Source: Trichodelitschia bisporula (Eukaryota). Taken from it: a stretch of 27,411 nt of DNA. The stretch is taken from contig ML996692.1 of NCBI GenBank assembly GCA_010356995.1, positions 1,251,933 through 1,279,343 on the forward strand. The letters run 5' to 3'. Shown piece after piece: positions 1 through 11,100 of this stretch (position 1 is the first letter of the stretch; each line of letters starts with the position of its first letter). The notes under the pieces are model-generated. The model was not told where the DNA came from, did no database searches, and saw only the letters and a program-made list of their open reading frames with translations. The position numbers were made by a program, and so were the translations under genes.

Positions 1-1455
1 GATAGAAAGGATCTTCGAGGTGGAGGAGAGGGAGAGAGGGGATTTTGACGTGAGCGAGAAAGAAAATGTCCGACGAAGCACAAGACGACGAGGCATTGGA
101 TAGGCTATATGTGTAAGTTGGGGTGGGGCCACCGGAACAAGAATACGGAGATCTCCATGACAGGCAGGGGACGGAAAGTGGTAGGCTTAGATGCCAGGCA
201 CGCCGCAACACCAGGTTGTATGGTTTGTCGATTAGTTCTAGGTCTCACCGTTCGGTACAGGCGTACAGCGCACGCACACTCGGCTTGTGATGATCAGGAC
301 GCAAGCAGCTAGAACCTTGAAGGCCGCAGGAGGCTCAAAGCCTCCTACAAGGTTGCCTATTCGGAGAGCTGAGAGCGAGGTGCAGGCCAAGCGATGGTGC
401 ATCAGCAAGATGACCTATTTTTGGCCCCCAACTCGCCGAGCTGCTGGAAAGTGAACAGCGGAGGAGCTTGTTTGTTTGTTTGAGGTTGGACCTTGGCTTC
501 GGCCTTTCCTTCCAACCAGCCTCATGCTGTGCGCAGCTTGGAAACACGGCAAAGAGCGGGGATGGTTGTACGCGGGGATTGCTGTAAGTCTTCGGGCCAT
601 TCGATGTCCCTTCCTACCGACTCCTTGAGGACGACACAAGACCGACCTTTGGATGACCGACATCCTTCTAGCCAGAGAGCTGCGTTCCACTATGTTGTCC
701 GGTCGACACATGCAAAGAGGGGGTTTGCCGGACATTCACGGAACCAAGAGATGATGGGCAAGATTGATGCTTTTCAGGTGTCCAGCAACGGTCGCGGTAT
801 GCGCCCCACTTCCCAGCCCGTGGCTTTGCAAGCATTTCCCAGGCCGGGGGCCAGTTACGGTAGGGGACCATGTGCTGCCCTGTGCATCCGAGCTAACCAC
901 CCCAAGAGGAAAGGCGCAGTCCTGTTCAAGTCAAGCCTCCCCCGCTCCCGTTCCCGGCACGGCTTGGCGCGGCGTGGCTTGACCCTACAGCCTTAAAAAG
1001 CGCCTGAATTGGTGCCTGGCGACTTATCTCAACACCAAAAAGAGCTTCGGATGGCACTGTGATCGACGGTCATCAATTGATCGCTCATCTACCGTTCCAT
1101 CGTCCCACTGCTTACAGGACTGCTGCTTCTTTTGTCCTTTGGGAATGTCAGCTTCGACCTTGGCCCTCCTTCCTTTGACTGGAAATTGCTCTCTCGCCAC
1201 ACTGCTCCTGCCGGCGTCCGCGACCACCTCATCCTCATTCCACTACAATACTCCGTAATCTCACGAGAACGCTCCCGGATCCCACGCGCGGTTCTGGAAC
1301 GCAATCTGGTCTTTGGACCTCATTCACTATACGGTATACCCCTCAGCCCAAATCCAGCCACAATCCCGATCCCCCGAGTCCAGACCAAACATCTCGAACA
1401 AAGCAAACGCGTCATGTGCACGTTTTTCGCCTCATACCGGTCTTGACACATGCCT

Positions 1456-2081
1456 TCACGAAGCCGGTGTTCCAGCTGCGATACCAGTAGGGCTATTGCT
1501 CATCGCCGCTGCTTCACCTCCAGATCCCAATCCCCCGAATAGCGCCCCGAAGCCACCTGCAAAGCTTCAGACTTCCGAGATCACCCAAATCGGAGGAACT
1601 GGATCTGGTCAAGACGTACCACCACTGCTGCTTCCTCCCAACAGCCCACCGATCCCTAAACAAAAGTTAGGATCGCTGTCGACGTACAGTGTGCGCGGAA
1701 GGCTCATTACCTCCACCTCCGCTCCCAAGCCCGCCCAGCAGCCCAGCTAATGCCCCGCTACTAGCTTCACCACGTTAAAACCGACTTCAGAGTCACATGG
1801 GAAAGCGTACCTCCGGTACTGCTTCCAAATCCACCCAGCAGTCCTCCAAGGCCGTTGAGGTTCCCGAGCGACGGTAGAGCACCTGGAGATACATCAACGT
1901 GCCGTCCCACCCAATTCGTCACCAGAAAGACGTACCCCCTCCCCCAAACAGCCCACCACCACTCGCCAGTCCCAAACCTATCCTGATCAGCCTCGAATAT
2001 CGTCATACATTGGCTAGACGCACTTTGCGGGACGGGAACCGCGAGCGCTGCAGGGACGGCCAAAAGCGGGAGAAAGCGCAT
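1456..2081 (-). CDS. Small secreted Gly/Leu-rich protein, ~120 aa, 6 exons (2081-2024, 1977-1936, 1882-1811, 1764-1711, 1655-1620, 1556-1456)
   Basis: Signal-peptide-like start MRFLPLLAVPAALAVPVPQ. Five introns have fungal donors (GTGCGT, GTACGT, GTACGC, GTAATG, GTACGT) and YAG/AAG acceptors; branch sites GCTGAT, TTTAAC and CCTAAC are visible in three of them. Splicing gives one open frame: ...SLGLASGGGLFGGG/GALPSLGNLNGLGGLLGGFGSSTG/ASSGALAGLLGGLGSGGG/GIGGLLGGSSSG/GGFGALFGGLGSGGEAAAMSNSPTGIAAGTPAS*. The exon 4 acceptor could instead be the TAG at 1747 (same frame). Confidence 0.75.
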
Positions 2082-2098
2082 ATCTGCCGCGATGTTGA

Positions 2099-2191
2099 GT
2101 TGCAGAGCAAGAGGGAGTGAATGCAGAACGCGATACTGGGTTGCAGAACAGAAGGGAGTGGCGATGCCCAGTTGCAGAACAGAAGGGAGTG
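2099..2191. repeat. Three copies of a 21-bp direct repeat in the predicted 5' UTR of the secreted-protein gene
   Basis: GTTGCAGAACAGAAGGGAGTG is identical at 2140-2160 and 2171-2191, with a diverged copy GTTGCAGAGCAAGAGGGAGTG at 2099-2119. Confidence 0.9.
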
Positions 2192-2234
2192 AATACCGCA
2201 CACGCGTCCAGTTTGCAAATGCATGTCGTCGGGC

Positions 2235-2240
2235 TATATA
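2235..2240 (-). promoter_or_regulatory. Candidate TATA box for the secreted-protein gene
   Basis: TATATA ~155 nt upstream of the ATG at 2081, in otherwise GC-rich sequence. Confidence 0.4.
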
Positions 2241-2710
2241 CCGCACATCCAACCCCCAGCTCGCATATCACCTGGAATTCCTATAGCTCGAACGCACCAG
2301 CTTCGCACCTTCCAAACCACATCATTAACCCCGGCGTCGCTATAATTCTCACAAGCCCTTCCCAGCGCTCTCTCCACAGTAGCCCCTCCCCACCCATCCG
2401 CCCTCGCCGACCAGCCCTATATCCGAAACACGCACACAGCACCCGCTCGACGTCACCAGAACGGAAGGCTGCAAAACGGGCACTAAACGCCAATTCCCAG
2501 GAACGACGATCGCCGTTCGACGGGGCCGAGAGTAGCAGCGTGATAAAAAATATAAGCTTTGGGCCTCGGAGCCCCTCCCGCCATCTGTCCATTCTTGCGT
2601 GCTTACTATGTGGTCTCATATGTCGTCCCCGGAGCTCTAAAGTGCCGAAGGTCCAGCACTAACTCATCCCTGGACGTTCTGCAATACCGCTGTCCGACGC
2701 TGTACACGCC

Positions 2711-4271
2711 CTACACACCATGCCTATCCCCAGCACCCGCCACAAGCCTCTTGACCATCCCGCAAAAGCTCTCAAACACCACCGCCTCCACGCCATACAC
2801 CCACCTAACCTCAACCCCCTCCTCCCTAACCTCAATCCCAAACCCAAACACAACGGGTGCATTCGTCTCCATACCCTCCCCCCCCGCATGCCTCTTCCGC
2901 CGCGCAGCGCGCGTCCACACAGCTCCCGTCGCGAAGCCCGCGCCCCGCAGGGTATCTGCATCCCATGTCCAGCGCATATCGAGGGTGCGCATCTCCGCGT
3001 CGAGACACGTGGCTACACCTGTGTGCGTCATCCCGGTGAAAGGGACTGTGAACTCAGGCGGGAAGGGCAGAAGGTCCTTCGCGCCGACGTCGCCGCGGGC
3101 GACATCCTGGGTGGATCAGCATCCACAATGGAGAGACAAGAATGGAGGTAAACGCACACCGCTAGGCCTCCACGCCCCCCAGCTCCACGCCACAACCCAG
3201 CGCCTCGTCTTCCCCCCCGGCCTCAGCACCCCCACCGCCCAATTCGCGCACCCAGCTTGCCGGAGCGCCTCCACCACGGGCCGCAAACTCACCAACCGGC
3301 CGAGCAGACTCGAGAACCACTGTACGCGATCCCGCGTCCCGGGCGCGGCGCTCTCAGCCACAAGCCGCGTGACGAAGGCGACTTCCCCGCCTGGCGTGAT
3401 CATTTCTGATTCCGAGCCGGTGCAGACTGCGGAGGGGGGGGTGGATTTGGTCCATGTTGCGGAGAGCTCGGACTGGGAGGCGAAGAAGGGCGGGTTGCAC
3501 ATGGTGAAGTCGATGGGCCCGGGCGGGAGCGGGGGGAGGAGCGGGGGTGTGCAAGGGGGGCCGAGTAGGTCGACGGAGGAGCCGAGGGAGGGGCGGTGGA
3601 GGGTGATGTCGCCGGCGAGGTTGTTGAGTGCGATGTTGAAGGCTGCGGAGGTGATGCTGTGGACGTCGAGTTCGGTGGCTATGAACTTCCAGGTTGGGTG
3701 GGTGGCGCAGGCGAGGAGGGGGTAGATTGCTGATGCGCCGGTGCCGCTGGGTGGGTTAGTCGGGTTGAGGATGTGGGGGGGGGGAGGGGGCGGACATATC
3801 TATGCCGGTGATGGGGCGGTTAGGGTTGGCGGGGGTGGGGAAGGTGGGTGTTGTTGAGTCCAGGAGGCGGGATATCCATTGGATGTAGGCCCATCTGTAG
3901 GATTAGAAGGGTTGATGGTGGAGGGTGACGATGCGGTGGTCTTACCGCTGGGGAACCTGGGTTCGAGGTTAGCCTCTTGGACTCGTCGCTTGCAAAACAC
4001 ATACCGGTGGACACAATCTGTCACTTGGAAGCTCGATCTGGAGCCCAAAATCTCGCTTCAGGAGACTCTTGGTTAACTGCCTGAGCAACTTAGCGAGGTC
4101 CGTATGTAATAAGAGCAGCCCAAAGCGAACTAACTGGACATGTTCTGGGTTCTGGTAGTCGATATGGCCCTTATTGGCCTTGAAAATTTTAGCAAAGTCC
4201 TCGTCATTGCGCGCGAGGTCGGCAAAGCTAATCTTCGTGCTCTCGTAATCGGGACCGTGGGGGGTGGACAT
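2711..4271 (-). CDS. METTL16: METTL16/RlmF-family (DUF890) RNA N6-adenosine methyltransferase, U6 snRNA m6A writer, ~435 aa, 6 exons (4271-4135, 4080-4005, 3956-3946, 3894-3796, 3746-3158, 3106-2711)
   Basis: Family motifs LTKSLLKRDFGL..LPSDRLCPPVPQR, the SAM-binding GIDIGTGASAIYPLL, the catalytic MCNPPFF, EMITPGGEVAFV, WFSSLLG and TRRWVVAWSW. All exon junctions are phase-consistent. Confidence 0.92.
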
Positions 4272-4546
4272 GGTGGGGTTCGTCGTGGTGGGGTGTGGAG
4301 ATGAGGTTGGGATGTATCGTTGCGAGCGGCACGTGAAGTTCCTGTGCTCTCAAACTCAGCCTTGGGATAAATCTGGCACACCACCTACGATCGACGATGA
4401 GAGACGTGATGAAACGTATGAAAAGGACGTCCAGGGCTGGAGTTGCGAAAATGAACATCAATTTTGCTGTCCTCTAGGGTATGGACAGACAAGCCGGTTA
4501 CAGAGTCGCCTCTGGTTCTAGCATATCAACACGCATCCGAAGCCCA

Positions 4547-5387
4547 TCACCACCATCCGAATGATCCATCAAATACCGGTGCCACGGGATTGTTCGCCAG
4601 TCGCAGCTCCTCCAATGACGGCACAATGCCAGACTTGTAGTACTGCAGCAGCCAATTCATGTCCTCCTCCGTCATCTCACACAGGTCGTCCAGACTCCAC
4701 TTCTCACACACCTTAGACATCCTGCAAACACATCAGAAGCGGCACAGAAGCACCTCAATCTCACTCACCACTGCATCCTCTTCGGCCCCTCCTCCTGAGC
4801 CGGCGCCATCTTCCTCAACTTCCTCCTCAAAACCCCCACCTTCCGAATCGCCCCCCCCGTATTATCCGGCAAACACGCCGCAATCCTCCTCCTAATAATA
4901 TTCGCCAGTTTCGGCCCATTCCCATTCGTACTAATCATAACCTGTAACGGCCCATCACGATGCACACTCCCGAAGTAAAAATCGCACTCCGGAGGCACAT
5001 CCGCCACATTCACCGGAATGCGCCGCTCCTTGCATAACGTCCACACCTGCGTGCTCGCCGCAGGATCATCCACCGCCGTAAGCACCATATCCACGCCGTC
5101 CAGGTCCTCGGGCAGGAAATTGCGGTCGATGTGGGTGACTTGCTTCTGCGCGACGCGGAAGGCGACTTCGTCATTTAATCCCTCGGCAGGACATACGACC
5201 GTGACTTTGGCATCGGCGTTGAGCACGTTGAGGATGCGGCCTGCAGCGACCTGCGCGGTTAGCGGGGTGTGCGGCATGTGGGAGGGCGGCTTACTTCTCC
5301 CCCGCCGACGACGAGGATGTGCTTGTTGCGCACTTGCCAGGCGAGGATGAGGGAGCCTCCGCCTTGTACTTCGGGGAATTGCTTCAT
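4547..5387 (-). CDS. MET8: Siroheme biosynthesis protein Met8 (precorrin-2 dehydrogenase / sirohydrochlorin ferrochelatase), ~249 aa, 3 exons (5387-5295, 5250-4769, 4721-4547)
   Basis: GGGSLILAWQVRNKHILVVGGGEVAAGRI (NAD-binding), VNVADVPPECDFYFGSVHRDGPLQVMISTNGNGPKLA and RMQWMSKVCEKWSL. Introns are canonical. Confidence 0.95.
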
Positions 5388-5459
5388 GGCGGTAGAGAGT
5401 GGGGGTTGGGCGGCATTGGTGACAGGCGGTGCTGTGGAGCGGTACGTGAAGCGCGGGTG

Positions 5460-5553
5460 ATGGCGATGGCGCAACGCGTCACGGGCTTGGGCGGAGGGAT
5501 CTGCTTTTTTGGTCAAGCACGTGGTAGGCTAGATTTTTGGGTGCTGGCGTCAT
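5460..5553. promoter_or_regulatory. Candidate sulfur-regulon sites in the MET8 promoter (CYS3/MetR-like and E-box)
   Basis: CTGGCGTCAT at 5544-5553 matches the Neurospora CYS3 consensus ATGRYRYCAT at 9/10. ATGGCGCAAC at 5466-5475 matches at 8/10. CACGTG lies at 5518-5523. Confidence 0.4.
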
Positions 5554-5835
5554 GGCATGTGATAGACACCCACGAGCTTCGAACAGTATGCTTTGTTGAC
5601 TTCGGTACCTCCGTACAGTTACAACTATGGACAATCTTTTCTACGCCATCCTAAACTCCGTCGCTACAGCTAGCTTCCAGCAGATGATCCAAGGGCTGCC
5701 TTGGCCTCTGACCAAATTACCGCCAACTTCTCCAACATCTTCGCGATTGCGGCGAACTAGCCTTCAATCCGCTTCAACCCCCTTCTATCATATGTACACT
5801 CCAGAATTCTTCGATATGCACACTCAGCAGCTCCT

Positions 5836-7664
<1,829 letters not shown>

Positions 7665-8169
7665 TGCGGGCGGATAGTGTCGAGTCGAGAAACAGCTCCC
7701 ACTCTGCGGAACCAAGTGAAGATAGCTTCGAGGCGAGTAAGAGTTCGAGGGAAAAACTCTGGGGGCGACGCGGGGTTTAGGCACAGGGCTTTATTATTCG
7801 AATTTCACGACGGACCCACCGCTGCTCGTGGGGCAATGGGGAGCTATGGAAACTACGCAATCATGCACCTGTCGGAGCGTGGGTTGAGAGTGCTCATTGG
7901 TCTACTCCGCCTCCCCCGCGGTTCCTGAGGAGACTTGAGGGGCTTAGCGTCACTCTCCCTCATAGCCGCCCCAGCCCGCGGGCGGGTGGGCCGAAATATC
8001 CCCGTTCGGCATACTTCTGGACCATACGATAGCAATACTAGCCAAAATATCCGGAGATCCCACCGATCGGATTACGAAAGCAACTACCCACGCGCTAGTC
8101 GCTAGTACGCTGCTTAGTAGGCACATCGTGACATCCTCCCGGTACCGTACTCGTACGTCCGGGGCCTTG

Positions 8170-11100
8170 TCACAGTGTGGGCTGCAGAAGCCTCCTCAGC
8201 AGGTGCATAGCCTGCTCAGCCGCCTCCTCCAACGAATCTATCTGCTTGTCAGTCGTCTTGCGAACATGCGCCATGAAAATTTGCGCCACATCTTCCCAAT
8301 TGCCGCTTGGGTATTTCTCCCAAGAACTAGTGTGCTGTTCGGGCTCGGAGTCGGTCGAAGAAGAATCGGGCTTGGGCTCGGAATCAGATTTAACGGAATT
8401 CGCGACCCTTGCCAATTCGATGGCATCGATGAGCAGGTCGAGTCCGTCCTCCGCCAGAAGACGTTCCAGCAAGTCGCCGTTGATATGGCTCCCGCCCTTG
8501 CGCTGCCGAAGGGGGGTCAGAAACTCCCGTTCGGGATCAATGGCGGAGGGAGTATTCAAGTCGCCTTCTGGCAGGTCTGTATGCATCCATTTAACTTTTT
8601 TGACAAGGTTCTCGAGATACTTCAGGACACACCACAATTCCTCGTTGACTATGGTGAAGCTGTACACCGTGCCGTCCGTTGTGGAGCCGATGATGTTGTC
8701 CACCAGAACACCGGAAGCCTTGAGGTCCTCGATGCGGCGCCAGGGCGGCCGAATGTCCGCTTGAACAAGCCGAGTGACCGACTGGAGTAGCTTTCCTTCG
8801 AAAACCGTGGGCACAGCATACTGATTCGCGCGGGCCTTGGGATGCAAGAGCCCCGCGATGCCTCCAGCTCTGTCGGCCACCAAGACGAGGTCGGGGCATT
8901 CGTCAACGGGCTCCTCGTGCAATCCGAGGGGGTTCCGGAACTGCTGTCCAGTTTCGCCCCAAGGCAAGGAAACTAGCAGATGGCACTCTGCGTCTCGTGC
9001 TCGACTGTCGCTGAAGGACCTCTCCAGCTTGACTCCAGAGGTATCGGCCGTGTCGTCTTTGGCAAGTGTAAACACTTGCAGAGAATCAGAAGCCGTGCTG
9101 ACGTAGATCAGAGGAGGTGCTGCCGTTATATGGAGGCCAGATGACAGCAACGGCGTAGAGCACAGCTGCTTCCATTTGAAACTTGACTGAGATGAGTGAA
9201 TTGCATCGGGAAAGGGGTCAAACACTTACCGCCCAGAGACGACAGTCAACTCGTAGACACTGAGTTTATTATCAGTGCACAAGACGAACTTTGTCTTATC
9301 GTACGAGGCGATTGCTGTAACAGGTCTATCCAAGTCGCTGATTTTGCGCGTTTCCAATCGCACACCTCCATCTTTGGTGCGAGCAGACTCGAAGAAGAAA
9401 ACCCGACCACCCGGGTCGTCGTCCTTTGGCTGGAAGCTCGTACCGACAAGTAAGAAGTGCCACCTTGTACCACCGAGGTCCAGCGTCAATTCAGCAATCG
9501 ACTTGACCAATTCCCCCGGATCCAGGTCGACTACTGTGCTCTCAGCGGCGACCTCCTCACCATGGACTTTGGCAGAAGGCATGATTTGAAGTACACCGCG
9601 ACTGCGTCGCTTTCCCTTCCACGCTGCATGCCTTGTTTCGGGGCTCGTAGGCGGTACCCATTCGTATCTTACGCTCCCGATTACCATAGCGTCCAGATAC
9701 GAGGAGTAGTGTATCTTGATCGGTGTCCCTACCGAGTTGTCTGACGTGTCGTTGAGGTCCTCTACGTCCAAAGGCAACCTGCGGGGAATAACCCGGAGCT
9801 CTGACCACACCTGAGCGATCAAAAGGACCGATTTGTCCAGGCCTCCCAAGGTCGCGTTCCCATCAGCATCTGACCAAAGAGCGCAGAAGGACGACATAGC
9901 CGGCTGGTGCTGGTCGTGAGTTTGGGTGTTGTAAAACCACACGTTCGAAAGAGAAAGCCCTTCCCCTTCAAAGCCCGGATCAAAGCCCACTCGGAAGGTG
10001 TCCGAACCGCATGTAGCAAATGCAACAGATGAGCGGGTGCCGGCTTGACTGAGCCGGAGCGGGCCTTCGCCCAGTTGTGTGATGGTACTGGTTTGTAGAA
10101 CTACATAAGTTTAGCGATGTATAGGGTAAAATAAGGAAGATATACCTGTCTCATTGTCGCGAACCAACACTTCCGCAACATAAAGTCTACCATCTCGCAA
10201 ACCACATACCAAGAGGTCGTTGGCGCGCTTCGGATGCGATAAGACCGCAATTGACTCAGCGATGAACGTTTGGAAAGGCTGCAGGGAGCTGTGCATGATA
10301 TAATGTGCGTGGCGATGATGTAGCCCCGTTGTATGATCGATAGCAAAGAGATGAATCAAACCGTTCCTCAACCCAAGAGCAGCATAGAGCGAGTCGTTTT
10401 GCTGGTTCTCAAACAGTACAAGGCAAGTCGGATCCGAGTCCAGACGGAATGGCTGAGCGATTAGACGTATGTCTTCCGTCCCCAAGCGCTCTCCGAGCGC
10501 ATAGACCTGGAGGAACGCAGCATCCTGCTCCTGAACCGCCACGATAATAACGCGCTTGGTGTATGCAGCACACAAAATTTTGGAATCAGGAAACCGTATG
10601 ATGGCCATGGGGTCGGGGGGCGGTTCCGTAGGCCCAAAGACTCCCACAAATATCGAGTGCTCCATTATATGAAGGATATGCCTGTCCATCACAAGCACGG
10701 CTAGCACCGTTGCACCGTCGGCGTAGTCTCCAATGTCATTGACCGGTTCTGCCTCCAATGTTTCTGAGAGGTACAAAATAGCAGTATGGCCAGGAGAGGA
10801 GAAGAAAACGATCGTCTCCTGATCGTTTCCCGTTGGCAGTGCCCAAAGCCCAGTAGCACTGGCCATGCCAAGGAGACCACTGGCGTCCATCTCAATGATG
10901 GTGTCCGCGCCGGACCCGTAACGAAGTTCAGTTACTGCACCGTAGGGTTGCCGGCCTGAGGTGACATAGAGAGATGGCCGCTGAGACTTGGGGCCCAATT
11001 CGCGCGAGCCGATCGCCGCCACCGCGAGGTCGAAAATGGGCGACCAATCCGCGAGGCGCTCGAACACAGCGGCTCCCATGGCCATCTCTCGATCCGGAGC

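Noticed and set aside
286..373. GTGATGA...CTGA, resembling a box C/D snoRNA
   Set aside because: No convincing terminal stem or recognisable rRNA-complementary guide, and such motif pairs are expected by chance.
1..1450. Several 67-167 aa ORFs and a purine-rich left end
   Set aside because: Mostly non-ATG starts and no recognisable motifs. This is probably promoter/5' UTR of an off-window minus-strand gene plus the 3' UTR of the Gly-rich gene, but I cannot support that as a feature.
2281..2619. 112-aa minus-strand ATG ORF between METTL16 and the Gly-rich gene
   Set aside because: No motif, atypical composition, and it overlaps the expected terminator/promoter space.
2559..3725. 388-aa plus-strand ORF
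   Set aside because: Antisense shadow of the METTL16 exons, with low-complexity P/T/S/G composition and no motifs.
4499..4507. TACAGAG, resembling the METTL16 target nonamer
   Set aside because: It is on the strand opposite the local transcripts and does not complete UACAGAGAA.
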